Assembly (NCBI RefSeq): GCF_000143415.4
Contig: NW_003314353.1
Span: 534,371 to 598,370, forward strand
Length of the DNA: 64,000 bases
Origin: Selaginella moellendorffii
Lineage: Eukaryota > Plantae > Lycopodiophyta
Direction: 5' to 3'
The number at the start of each line of letters is the position of its first letter. Position 1 is the first letter of the stretch. The translations under genes were made by a program, and so were the position numbers. Below are positions 38,797 to 51,956 of this stretch, one piece after another. The notes beneath the pieces are model-generated. The model was not told where the DNA came from. It made no database searches and saw only the letters and a program-made list of their open reading frames with translations.

Positions 38797-40549
38797 GTCG
38801 TGTCTAGCACAAGGAATACGAAAGAAAGACTTTGAATCAAACCGGCAATGCAAGATCCAGTTGGTTTCTCCCAGCATTGCAAGAAAAGCGAAAAATCATA
38901 ACTGGCATTAGCGAACTCGACTGCTGCTCCTTTGAGAAGGCTCCATCTCTTTGAGACGAAGAACAAACGAAAAAAAAAAAGAGAGAGAACGCACGATTTC
39001 GTGGAATTGAGCTAGCAATTCCACTTCTCACCCCTGACTTGTTTCAGTGCCGCCACCCTCGACTTCTCTCTAGCGGTGACTTCTTCCTTTCTAGAAATTC
39101 TATCCTCAGAGCCTTCTCTCTCGCCTATATTCCCTAACGAGTTCTTGCCACTAGAAAACCAGCCCCTTGTATTGTGAATGTAGCGCTTGCCGCTAGGCCT
39201 GTGCTCCATCGCTGACTCTCTCTAGCATCGTTATCCCAGCCGGAGCTTTCCCAACGAGATGGGTTCCATCGTCTTCTTCCTGGGATGGAGCAGCCACTGG
39301 ACGATCTCGCTCCTCCTCCACGCGGATAATCTCCACCATCATGTCCAAGAATTCGTGGAGCTGATCTTGCATGGTAGAGCTTGGGGTGATGATCGTCGGC
39401 GGCTCTTTGGCGCTCGATTCTAGGCCTAGCAGCGGGCTATAGAGTGAGAGAGCTATAATCCACGACGCAGCTGCGCAGCCGCTTCTCTTCCTCCTCCTCT
39501 TCGCTGGATTCTTGCATCGATCGCTTTCTCATCTCCAAAACCCTAGGAAGAATGCGCTCACCTCTCTGGATCCAGCAATGCGCGGCCGATCTACCGAGCT
39601 CCGCTCCAGCACTCCAAGATCGCATCGATCGATCGTCTCGCTAGGGTAAACCATGGAGGCTGGAAATATTTGGAGGGCTTTTGGTGTTTGAAAGGTCAAG
39701 ATGGGCTAGGCTATTGTCGATCCTTCCTGGTGGAGGAGAGCGCGGCTTCTTCTCCCAGGCCAGGCACTGGATTCGCTACCGCGGCAGCATCATGGCGCTG
39801 GCGACGGGACAATCCCAGGTCCATAGAGCTCGAGGCTATCATTCTTTCCTGGCGGCTCCGAATTGCTAGAGAATGTAACCCTTCCCCTGGAACTCCAGAA
39901 GCTAGAAACAGATCGAGAAGTATGATGGTGAAAGAATTTCGATGAATTGCCTCGTTTTCATACTTCTTTCTTTCCAGGGTTTTCTGCGATGAAAAGGAAC
40001 TCTTGGACGCTGGCAGGAAATCCAAGTAAGCTCTATCTGCTTTTTTTCTTTCATGGAGAGAGCACTGGTGATTTTGTTTTCCTTCTCCAGGGAGCATGGA
40101 TTCTAAGGCCGAGCAAAGGAGTTGTTGTCCATTTTGTTGTACATCCTCTTAAGGTAGGCCCGGGGATAAAACAAACAAATAAAATAATATTATGTGGCTA
40201 AGTTGCTATATTATCTAACAAATTTTGCTTGCCCTAATTTTGCAGTTTGGTTGAGTTCTTGAAGGGGTTTGTTGGAGGATTTTTGCTGCAATTTTGAATT
40301 AAAATTTGCAAGAAATGAAGAATTGTTTACCCTCACTTTATATGTGGTCACAATTTGGCTTATATTCTAATTTAGCAATAACTCAAATTCATGTAAGTAT
40401 AGAATTTTGTAATTTTAGAATTTTGTTTATTTTTCTCAATATCAAGGGAGAAAAAACCTCCTCTTTTAAAGCTAGTATGGGATTTATGTCAAATGTAACT
40501 TTGATCCATGTATTTCTTTTTGTCTTTTTGCTTTTAAACTTTTGCTTAG

Positions 40550-40836
40550 ATGCTTTATTTCGTTAAAGTGAAACTTTTCATTATCCCACTTATGGTGTGT
40601 GGCCACATGCCATTTTTATAACAACAATAAAAAATTGAAGTTTTAGCTTTATAATTTATAAATTAAAAACTTTTCATATGATTTTGTGTTATAATATTGT
40701 GAAATATAAAAAATAAATAAAAAAACTGATAGAAATATTAATAAATATTAATTAAGTACTAGGAAATGGCATGTGGACACATGCTAATTAATGTCCCACT
40801 TTACTGAATAAATTCCACTTTAACGAAATAAAGCAT
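40550..40836. mobile_element. MITE-like element with 21-bp perfect terminal inverted repeats
   Basis: atgctttatttcgttaaagtg (40550-40570) / cactttaacgaaataaagcat (40816-40836); a second internal inverted pair (ccacatgccattt / aaatggcatgtgg); TTAG on both flanks. Confidence 0.8.
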
Positions 40837-41139
40837 TTAGCAATTTAGTTTTGCATTGCTATGATGATTGGATTTGTTCTAAATATTTCTAGAATTCAAG
40901 TTACTTTCAACCTTAAGCTGGTATTGTTTTTATACTTTGTCTTGAATGTATTTTTATAATAACAAGGATTTCATATTTAGAAATTCCTCTTTCACAACTT
41001 TGTTATCACTACATCCTCTAGAATTAACTCTTGTAATGGAATAACAAGTATTCTAGAAGTACAACAAATATTATTTTTATTTATTACTTAATTTATAAAC
41101 TTATTTTTCTAAATGAACCAACTTTGAATAATGAACACA

Positions 41140-41480
41140 AAGGAAAATGGTATATTAATTAGAACATAGCTTTCTAGTACACAGAGAGGATGGAAAATGA
41201 AAAGGATTGAGAAGGTAGTGTCAATGAAAGAATCAAAGAAATAGTGATGCATTTTTGGCATCTTATGTTCAAAAGAATTTCATCACATACCAAAGTAATG
41301 TGAGTCATAATAAGATGAGCTTGATAAGAAGTGGAGGCAAATTAGTGACTATGAAAGTAACATCCTATTAAGAAAATTATCCTACTTTAGTAGTGAATTT
41401 ATTGTAAGGATGAAAAAGGATGTGAAGCCTCCTTTGTGCATTTGACAAAGGCCTCTACAATGAAATGTCATTATGGATAA
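41140..41480 (+). pseudogene. Highly decayed Myb/SANT-like (trihelix) DNA-binding ORF, possibly a Harbinger second ORF
   Basis: Fragments ...LIRSGGKL/KKWRQISDYESNI...SYF...FDKGLYNEM across shifting frames. Confidence 0.4.
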
Positions 41481-42049
41481 CACAGTCAAGAATTATTGTT
41501 CCAAGTAGCCACCAAATTGATACATCCATAGGTTTCACAATTGCAAGCAAATCATTAAGTTATAGTAAGTTCATTTGTCTTTTTATGATTAACTTTTATC
41601 TTTCTTTTTTCAAGAAACAAATCTAGACTCAAATGTTGTATTTGAGATACGAGATTCTAAAAATGCACATTCCAAAAGTACAAGTTGGAAATTTTAATAA
41701 CTACAGGGAAAAAACACAAATACACTCCAAAGGGATTTAATGGTTTCCTTGAGTGAAGTGATGAGAAAAGGAAAGTAATAATGCAAAAACTTCAAAATAA
41801 CAACATGCAAATGATGGAGAAAATAGCCGATGATCAATGGCACTAAATTTTGATTTTCACTGTAGAAAGGAGAGTTGTAATGATGTTGCAAAGAACATAT
41901 GTGATGTGTGAGGAACTTCAACTGCTCTAGCAAGCTTTTGTGCAATCAATTGTGACAAGGAGAAGTAGAATTGCAATATTTTTTTTTAAAGTGTTGAAAT
42001 GGAATTGAGTTTAATTATAAGCTAGGTCACGATATTAGGTGCTGGATCA

Positions 42050-45000
42050 CGTATAGAGGTATGGAGCACCTCAAGCAAGTTTAGGTTTGATCTTGATTCA
42101 GCCCTTGGCCATGAGCTCTCGGCCTTGGAGCTTGGCCATGAAGCTCTTATGGCCATGAGCTCTTGGCCATGGAGCTCTTGGCCCTTGAGCTCTCGGCCAT
42201 GGCTTTCATGGATTTTGGTGAGCATCTTATAGATATCTTTTTACTTGGGGTTACCTCTAAATTTATCCCATGACTAAGCATTTGCTGCACCTTATATATT
42301 TCATGCCCATATTCACAAAGAGTACAAGCGCATGACTGGTTCTTAATTCTCTCTTAGCTCCCCATGAACAAAAAAAGTTCTCCAAGCTTTGGCAAGAGCT
42401 AGACTATCATTCTACCTTGCCAAAGAGCAAGTATTTACCATTAGATATTGCATTAGGAGATTTGCATAGTGCCTCTCCACTTTGAATTTTTCCTCAAGCT
42501 GTAGATCCACCACTTCCAAAGAGGCCAAGACACATTCTTAGAGATCTTGAGTACCAACCAATAGCTGCAAATCAATCAAGGATGGTGCATCAACCTCCAC
42601 CACCTCCCTCACCCATGCTGATGGTGCATGTGTTAGATTCAAAAGCATATTCTTTCAAAAGGTTCCTCCCAAAGCAACTTATCCAAGACTTATTCTAGCA
42701 CAAATGAGTCTATTTTCGACTATACAATGCGATTCAAGGCATTTTAGAAGATCTTTCTTGACAAAAGAGTGACACAAGAAGAGTCCATTGGAGTGTTAGC
42801 CTTTGTATAAGGCCTCAAGCCTGGGCTCTAGAGAAAAGTTGCTAAGTGATGTTGTGACACCTACCCACCACTAGTGATGTCATGATGCCTACACACATGC
42901 TGGAGAACTTTAGTTGGAGATGTTCCACAAACTCGGTGTCTCCTTCATTGAGGAGCTTGTCCAAAACCCTTAGTGCTTGTCTTTATGCCTTTTTTTGCAT
43001 CACAGCCCCTCAGTCAGTCGTTGAGAAAATTTCCGCCACAGTTGAGTCTACTTTGGCCGAGTTCAAGGAGTACAAGGTGATCCTTCAGCAACAATAGAAC
43101 TAGTAGAGCAAACTCATGGAGGAACTTCAAACATTGAAGATGGCTATACAAGACTCTTGGTGATAGCCTCATTGGTGTAAGAAGTGCAAGGTCTAGTTAC
43201 ACAACACCACTCGTTGTTGGTGACTACAATTAGAGCTGTGCCACAGAGATAGTTGCCACATGAGCAGAGAGTCTAGTGCCAACAATTTGTAGATAATAAG
43301 GCCCTAAATGCCTTTATAGAGTACTATGAGACACTACATTAGTGTGCCATCAAAGCACCACCGGCAAATGAATATGGCAAATTCCCAATGAATATAATTC
43401 ATATAGTAGCAGAGTTGATAGAAAAGGTGGCTACTCAGACTTAGAGGAAAGCATAGATAGCAGTAGAGGAGTTGGACACTAGCTTCAACAATTGTTTCCC
43501 CTCTAGTTCTCATTGCTTGCAAATTGCCTTTCTTGAAAGCATTTGCAACAGTGCCATCGTATTCACTCATATCTTGAATTTCAACATTTGCATGCATGCC
43601 AAACTTCACCAACACACAGCCCAGAGGGTCTCCTTTGATGTCAAGTGGTCACTCAAGCAATCTTATTGACCAAGTCATGGCAACTTTAATCACAACTTCC
43701 TACTACTTCCCAACCTTGCTTTAGCAACTTAAGGTTTTAGTGCAAGCTCTTAGTGGAATGGCACCCTCTTTAGTCTTAGATATGGCTCCTATTCTTGTTG
43801 TCAATGCCATAGTGGCTCTTGATCCTAGCACATTCATAGTTTTGACAATGATTATGGGCATTTATGTGGAGGCTCTTGTTGACTCTGGCTTGGCCATAAA
43901 AATTCTCTCCTCCACTCTCACCCAACAAGTAGGCTTCCAAATCTAGGATTATTCCAAGGTCGTGCTAAAGACCTTTACAGATTACTCTATGGCACTTGCA
44001 GGAATTTTCCAGAGTGTCCTTGTTCTCATCTATGGTCATGAGTCCATAGTTAACTTCCTTGTCATGGAGCTATGGGAACCTCCTCACAGGAGAAGTCCAT
44101 CATTTTGGGATAGCTATGGTTAGATGCAATGTCTTACGTCTTCAACTTCAAGTATAGGCAACTACAGATTGGGAGAGGTGACAACCAAGTGACAATCCTC
44201 AATGCTAAGTGTAGGCAATTGCATCCTAGAATATGGTTGAGGTCACCAAAGCATCATTAAACTCCTCTCCACAACAATCCTTTGCTTCTTCATCAATTGC
44301 CAACATGATGATGGATGGAGTCTTAATATTTGGGATGCAACATGATTGATTTTCTACACATGGATTGGACAACATTGTCCCTCAATTTCTCCTCCATCCA
44401 CTTTGCATCACTATACTCAGGCTCAAGGAGGCAAAAGATCTAGACAAGATTCTTAAGATTCCAAAAATACCTAACTTGGAGAAGAATACAATTTTTGTGG
44501 TGCATTTGGAGAGTGATTTTCTTGAGACAAATCTTATTGCAGGGATACAAGAGGACACTCTATAACACTTTTTCACATAGCTAGAGGTGGTAGATTTAGT
44601 TCTTTCTAGCTCAGATTCTACACAACTCTATCAACATGAGTGATATCTATATGAGGTTTCAAGAAGAAGCAATGGCTCTTGCACTTGTGGAGCACAAGGC
44701 CCATCCAGATAAGGCCACTTCACTTGATATTGACCTAGCATGACTTGCATTTGCATTGCCAAGGGGATTTCTCTTCATCCCCTACAGTTAATATCCATTA
44801 GGCTATACCTTTACAAGAAAGTCTTGAAGGCATATATACTTTACCATGTGACCTTATGAGCAATGATAAGAACATATTTGCAGAGACTTAAAGGCTCTTT
44901 CCAGCCACAACTTTTTTGCTGCACCTTCTCCAGCTCTCCACCATAGTCCAGAACACTCTGACACAAAAGATGGATGACAGGCTAGAAGCTCTATCAACCA

Positions 45001-45600
45001 AAGGTGGCAAAAGTAACACCTTTTTTCCACCACCAGCCCAACTCTTTTCAGAAGCTTCTCCAGCCTTAGGATGTTATATTAGACCTCTCCAACCACAAGA
45101 TATTAGCTATGGCCTCACCCATAATGATCATGGCATCTTCTGTGGTCATTGACACTTCACTCAACCATTGGATTCTTATGAGCATTTTAGACTGAGTTCA
45201 CTATTTTGGAGATTCTTCCTTCCATGCTTTAGGGGCTCTAGACATTGCCATACACAGCCGAGCTCCAAATTTGCTCATTTCAGCAATTCTACTCACTTTG
45301 GGCCTACATTACATCACACATTAGAGGGTGATATAGTAGCTTTTGCAGCATCTCTAGCCTCCTTTATGACTCTTTACGACCTCCTAGCATAGACTCAATC
45401 ATTGCTCAATCTATGTAGTTTCGACAAGGCAAGCCCTTTTCAATGGGATAACATGTGATGCTCCATGATTTAGTCATCCATAACTTTCTCCCTTAGGTGG
45501 CTTGGTCCCTTCTTCATCAAAAAGCACATTAGATGTGGTATTTACATCCTCACAGATGAGGTAGGGTAGGAGTTGTCTCTTTCTCTCTCACTCTCTTAGG
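42050..45600 (+). mobile_element. Degenerate Ty3/gypsy retroelement remnant (gag, protease, integrase C-terminus)
   Basis: Short tandem ttggccatgagctc repeats at 42100-42210; gag-like YTMRFKAF...AFV*GLKP; knuckle WCKKCKV*LHNTTRC; protease EALVDSG...ILG*LWL; integrase-end WLGPFFI at ~45500. No recognisable RT. Confidence 0.7.
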
Positions 45601-46859
45601 TGAGCTCATTTCACTCTCTTTTTCTTCCTTTTCTTTTATTTTTCTTTTTTCACCTCTGCTTTGATCTCTTCTTTGTCACATCCAAGATGTGATTCTTATG
45701 ACAGAGTAAGCATAAGCTTGGGCTTTCACCTTAAGGCTGCATCAACTCCTCTCATTTGGAAGCTCATCAATTTCATGGTTTGCTATTCACAGTTCCTATG
45801 TTTTCTTTACATGATATCACTCCATCTATCTTCAACATCACTCTCCATTACTCATAGTCACAATTGAATTATTTCAACTTGCTACACCACTCACTACAAT
45901 TTCTTGGTTCATATTTCTTCACTTTTCTCACCATGCAAAAATGATCTCAAGGATCCTATTACATCACTCTATTCATCATCAAAATACATAGCAAAAACAT
46001 CAAGAAACAGCCAAATCTAACATGTCAGACTCAACATATGATACAAATTACCTCGATGTAGCAAGTACAGGTACTTAGCAACTGATTCTTGAGAGCTGGT
46101 TGGACCAGATGCACACAAAAAACCAGGAATTACTTTGGATGGACTATCATATATGCTGCTGACTACGTTGACCATATTCACAAGTTGCCAAGTCCCCTTT
46201 ACTATCACTCCATTACAATTGGCTATCACTATCTTCCACTATGCATTTATTAGGCAGCCATCTTCCATCATTCTTATAGTTACCATTTTTAGGCAACACA
46301 TTCACTTTCATCACTTTGAGGAGGCCTTAAGTTGGAGTTCAAGTAAGTGGTTCTCCTATTTAGTTTTATGTTTCTATCTTCTCTTTTTCCATTTTTCCTT
46401 TGTTCTCTTTTTCTTCTCTTTTCTTTGTTTCATTTTCACTTGTCTTTCCTCCACTTTGTCTCTTCCTGTTTTAGTGTCTATTTCTTTTGTCAAGTTTTCC
46501 CATGTGGTTTTCCCTTGACTCTAGAACTCTATACTCTCTTTCTTAATTTTCACTTTCCTTTGTTTTTTCTTTGGTCTCTTCTCCTCATAGCAATTATTGA
46601 CATAGGGCATCACCTTGGAGTCTACACCAACACTTTGGCTATGGGTTCTTTAATGCAACGTAGCTAGTGTATTTGTTTGTGGTCACTTGTTAGGAGATGG
46701 CTTAGAGCTTTGTGTGAGATTCCTAGAATATTCCACTATCAAAATATTTTAAAGTCATGAGAAGATGCTAGCATGCAAGGGTATATTCCCCTTTTTCCCT
46801 ATTTTCTAAGGTATAGAGTTCACACAAGAAGGATGTTTTTTTGTAAGGACGAATTTTGA

Positions 46860-48035
46860 TAATCATTTATAACTAGTGGTGCCTTTGATTTTTATTCTAT
46901 GTTTTCTCCATGCCTATTATGATTCTCCTATTCTATGTGAGCATATAGGACATCATCGTATGATCAAGAAGCTGTGTAGGTCTTTCTATTGGCAAGAAAT
47001 GCGACGTGGTGTGAGTAGTTATGTTTGGTGTCAAGTTTGTAATACTCTCTTTAATGCTACAGAAGGATAGTAGGAGTCAATTGCAATTTCTTGTTTATTT
47101 GAGTTGATAGCATTTGATTTGATAGGGCATTTTCTATGGATTGACAATGAGTATATCATTATTACTTCTGACTATTTGATTTGCTAGATGGAAGTCGGTG
47201 CTTTTGCTAGTGCATTTACAACTATTATTGGATATTTCCTCTTTAATCAAGTGGTGTTTCAACATTCTTGTCCCAAGTAAATTCTTTTGGATAATAATCC
47301 CATATTTATGGCTGAGACATTTTATATTTTAATGTTTTGGTTAGGGATACACCACACTTTCATAAGTGTTTATCATCATTCACAGTCAAATGGTTTGATA
47401 GAATGACTTATTCAGACCTTGAAAGGGATGACCATAAAGTATATAAATTTTTAATATTCAAATTAAAATGGCTATTTACCATCTCTTTGGTATGTATATG
47501 TTACATGGGTGCAAAATTCTATTAGTGTTTCACCATATAAACTTTTCTATGGTCATAATCTACTGGAGTTGGGTTTACCTTTGTAATTGTCACGAACTAC
47601 AAATGGTAGGTCTTAGGATTAGTATTTTATAAGCATTCTTCCATTGGTCTAAGTAAAGTCTGTCAAACACCTAGATTGGATACAAATGGGATAATAATGG
47701 TGCTATAACTCCCATTATTGTCCACCTAAGAATTACAAAATAAATGTGGTATTAGTCCATTTTTTTAATCTTATAGTATATAGTTTGTCTAAGGCCTTTC
47801 TTGTTTAGTAGAAGGGACTATATCAAGTGTTATGGCAAATTGGATTGCAAATTTATAAGGTTTAGCATGATGTCTAATAAACCAATCCTTTAAAAATTGT
47901 GCATGTACAATGGTTGAAACACTTTATATAAAGGGATCAAGAATAACTAACACCACATACAAATCTATTGATGCCTTTAAGCCTATCCACTAGAGAACAT
48001 TAACTATTTTCCATCCTTCCGAGGGGAGGGGATGA
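46860..48035 (+). mobile_element. Ty3/gypsy integrase remnant with polypurine tract
   Basis: HIGHHRMIKKLCRSFYWQEMRRGVSSYVWCQVC (HHCC-like), FDLIG, ITSDYL, LLDNNPIF, VHVQWLK. PPT GAGGGGAGGGGA at 48021-48032 is followed by TGTAAG at 48036, the probable 3' LTR start. Confidence 0.8.
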
Positions 48036-49086
48036 TGTAAGAATTAAGTATACAATTACAATGCCATATCTTAATATTAGTGTGGTGGGATTTGATAGCT
48101 ATTGGATTGTTTTCAATTTGGATCATATGCTTCTATGTACAAGCTAGGGTTTTCGGGTTAATTAATATGCACATTTCTGTATTCCATTTTCATATTCCAT
48201 GCACTCATAATATATATGTATATATGTATATATATATTACCTTATCTAGGTAATATAGTAATTATAGTACTATATCTATTTGGGATTAAATCTGGTAGGT
48301 TTAAACCTTAATTAATACATCCCGAGTAACAGCTAAAGCATTATATTTACTAAATATATTTTTTTATTAGATCCAATTGCAACCTGGTTCTATATAAAAC
48401 ATTTTATAACTTTCATTTTATATAAGCTGTAAACACAATAATGCTGCATCATAATAATGATTTGTTGCATTAAACAGCAACATGATTTGCTTTGGTTTTT
48501 ATAAGTTTTACAGAATTTCATTTTTATACTTCCATGGGCTAGAATCTATGCCCTTCATGAGAGCTCAATGATGTAAAATTTGATAACTTAGCTTTAAGGT
48601 TCATGGCTTTGTTTGGCATGCTGTTTCAGACAATGTGAATCCTTTTAACTTAGAGGATAATATGTAGAAGTGTTGCAATTCCTCCTAATGGTTTTATGAA
48701 GATCCCAAAGCTGACAACCAAAATCCTACTATAGTTTGGGAAATTTCACTTGGTACTCTTAAAATTCTAGCTATGAAGAACTTCATCGCTTCTTTGCCAC
48801 CCTGTACACTTGCAATGATTTATATTGAAAGAAAATTATAGAGAAAGTTTACAAGACAGCCATAAGATTAGGGAATATCCTAGAATACAATAGCATATTC
48901 TAGGCCTGCAAGAAGCCTCTGTGCTATTCAAAATGATTTTGCAATATTATCCAACATGAAAAATTGAAACTTTTTATCCTTGATTTCTCATAAATAAATT
49001 AAGTATATTTCTAAAGCGCGCTGGAAATTTGATTGGTTTGTCGTTCTTGTCCAGACAAACAACAATCCCTTTAGCCTCTAACACTG

Positions 49087-49650
49087 GCTGCAAACAAGAA
49101 GAAAAAACTTGAAAACCCGAAAGCAAAGGTTATAAACAAAACCCACGGACTTCTTTGTGAGGAAGCTTGTAAATGTTGTGGTCGAAAAACAGTCTCACAG
49201 CCGATGATCCAGTTATCCTAGCCGTAACAAGGAAAACATCCCCTGACTGGCATAAGTAACATTAATACCCCGGACAGATAGAACAAGAATTAGAAGATCA
49301 TACTTTCAAAAAGCTCAAGTACTTGATGTTGAGCTCCGCAAGCGCAAGCACAGCACCAGTCCCGGCATTAATACTATCACTGGAGTGAGGATGAAAGTTC
49401 TGTGGCTGAAAGCTGCAAACAAGAAGAAAAAACTTGAAAACCCGAAAGCAAAGGTTATAAACAAAACCAACGGACTTCTTTGTGAGGAAGCTTGTAAATG
49501 TTGTGGTCGAAAAACAGTCTCACAGCCGATGATCAAGTACTTGATGTTGAGCTCCGCAAGCGCAAGCACAGCACCAGTCCCGGCATTAATACTATCACTG
49601 GAGTGAGGATGAAAGTTCTGTGGCTGAAAGCTGCAAACAAGAAGAAAAAA
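49087..49650. repeat. Tandem repeat with internal deletion (units start at 49087, 49412, 49630)
   Basis: Near-identical blocks A-spacer-B, A-B and the first 21 nt of A; periods 325 and 218 nt. Confidence 0.92.
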
Positions 49651-50140
49651 TCCGGACAATCCTGCCGTGGATGCTCCGGCCGTGCTCCACCATCTCCGCC
49701 TTGTCGCAGGCGTTGAGGAAGTTGACGTAGGTGACCCTGTCGGGGTGGAAGCCGTGCTGCTCCATTTGCCGGAGGAGCAGCACCGCCTCGTCCCCCCTGC
49801 CGGCGTTGGCGTAGCCAGCCATCATCACGTTCCAGGAGATCACGTCCCGCGCCGCCACCATGGAGGCGAAGATGGCGGCGGCGCGATCGAAGTCGCCACG
49901 CTTGGCATGCATGTTGATGCACGCGTTCCTCACCGCCACCTCCTCCTCCACGACGTCGCCACCGCCACCCCGCACCGCCGCCATCTTGGCAAACATCCCC
50001 GCCGCGCCATCCACGTCCCCGCATTTACCCAGCAGGCTGATGAGCCCCGTCCCAATCGCGGCATCCCACTCCAGCCCCGTGTCCAGGATCTGCGCCACCA
50101 TCTCCTTTGCCGCCACCGTCAGGACCGAGGACACTCCCGC
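49651..50140 (-). pseudogene. GC-rich internal fragment of a PLS-class PPR gene
   Basis: GTGLISLLGKCGDVDGAAGMF, RNACINMHAKRGDFDRAAAIF, RDVISWNVMMAGYANAG, FHPDRVTYVNFLNAC; truncated at both ends. Confidence 0.88.
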
Positions 50141-50166
50141 TGGCTTAGTTCACAGTGATAGTACTG

Positions 50167-51463
50167 TGGGATTCTCCGTCCCACAGTACTTCTACGAGTT
50201 CAGATCGGCCAGCAACCATGGCCCAGTTAACACAAATGCGGAATGGGTAATTTTTCTTGTCACTGTTTTAACTCGTCTAAAACGTTTGTTTCGCGCTTGG
50301 ACAGTTTAACGACATACTCAACACCTTATTTTCTTCAAACGTTCTGTGCTGGCTGTGCTCCTGGACAGCACCTTGAAAGCGCATAAGAAGGATCGGGGAA
50401 TGGGGTGGTGGAAGAAGTATCACAAGTGGGATCATCCAACAAATGAAGAATTCTACAAGCTGCCTCTCAATATGAACAGATATTTTCCTCCTCCACACTA
50501 CTAAGACACCAATAAAATTTCGGTGACCTTTTTTTAACTGTATAGAATCTCAAAGATTTGCATTTTCAGCCACTCAAAATGCAAGCATAAACCAGCTTGA
50601 AATCTTTCTAAAGTGACTTTCTCATACGAAGATCACCAAGAACTTGGAGACATCCTTTTTTTTTTTTTGGAAGAACAAAGTTTCATTAAAAACATGCAAA
50701 GTTAAACATGTATTTTGTTTTGTTTTTTAGGCTGCAATCAAATAGAATAGAACAGAATAGCCTTTTACATATTTGTCTAATCTTTGTTTTGGTTTGTGGT
50801 ATTTGGTGATTTTCAAGAGGAAGATTGCCATTGGGTGGTTCATGAGAGCTTGAACTCGGTAATAAGTGCACTCTCAAATGTGTTTGAATGTATGTCTCCC
50901 TCGTAGCAGAGTTGACAAAGTCGCTCCTCCCACTGTAGCCACCTTAGGAGAATGACTCCCAAACAGTCAATGTAGGCAGCCAGGATCATCTAATTGCAGT
51001 AAATTAATCAACTCTTTTCAACCATGTTTTGAAGAGATAGTTGAAGGGCTGTGTAAGCTTGTTACCGCCAGGAACATGGAGAGTCGGGTGCAAGCATGGC
51101 GAGCTTGTTCCTGCGGTCACATGCCTTTTGACCATTCTTAAAGTTAGTTAAATGACACATACAAAGCCATAATATTCTAGTAAAATTCTCAATAATGACT
51201 AATCTAGATCAAGGGGAGGGAAGTGTTCTTAGTGGATTTGCTGTAGAGATGTCCTCTTGATAACATAGATGGAACAAGCCTTAACAGGCAGGCACATGCT
51301 AGTTAAGTTGATTGCACTGTTGCCGACCGTTGGTCGACCAGCCTAGCATGGTTACAAGTGGAAAGTCGCTCCATTCAGCTGCAAGCCTGTCTCTGAGAGA
51401 GTCTGGAACACAAGTACTTGGTTCATGTCTCCAACCATAGCCCATGAGAGCACTCCACAGTGT
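50167..51463 (+). pseudogene. Duplicated 3' fragment of the NAT gene plus flank (derived copy of 31720-33128)
   Basis: Retains the intron; carries deletions relative to the source, including a 10-nt frameshifting deletion in the last exon. Confidence 0.93.
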
Positions 51464-51589
51464 TAGATCGCTTATAGTGAACAAACAATGAATTGTCACA
51501 GAATGTTAAATGCACCAGGTCACAGCGTCATGGTGTCGAGCGAAGAGTTCAACGGGGTTATGGACAAAGCCAACGACGATGCAGATTTG

Positions 51590-51956
51590 GCTGCATTTCT
51601 TGCGGTGGCTGCACTCATCGTGGAATGGAAAGTGTTTACGCTTCCGATCAATTACGTCTTAGCAGGAGGCGGAAGCATCGGCTTGTGGATCTGGAGAAGC
51701 AGTATGTTGCTTAGGGGACTTTTGTGGTTGTGCAAGATCTGGATATGATGAAGCGGCTGGTGATGAGATTAGGCTGCGAGATTGAGTTCACGAACAGGAC
51801 CTTAGCCTTCTGCCTGAAGCACGAGGATAAGTTGATTCTGCGGGAATCGCTGCAGCGGTTGAGCAGGAATCAGATTGAGCTCGTGGATGATCTTGAGGAG
51901 AACATTTCATGAGCATCAACAAAGCTCATAGCCTTGTCGTTCGTGAGCTTTGTTGA
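51590..51956 (+). pseudogene. DUF677/UPF0496-family gene 3' fragment
   Basis: GTFVVVQDLDMMKRLVMRLGCEIE...FCL...LRESLQRL...VDDLEENI then, after a frameshift, FMSINKAHSLVVRE; resembles the family C-terminus. Confidence 0.65.

Noticed and set aside
42100-42210. Short regular repeats here and at 62170-62400 resembling a CRISPR array
   Set aside because: Contiguous degenerate tandem units without unique spacers, no cas genes, eukaryotic context.
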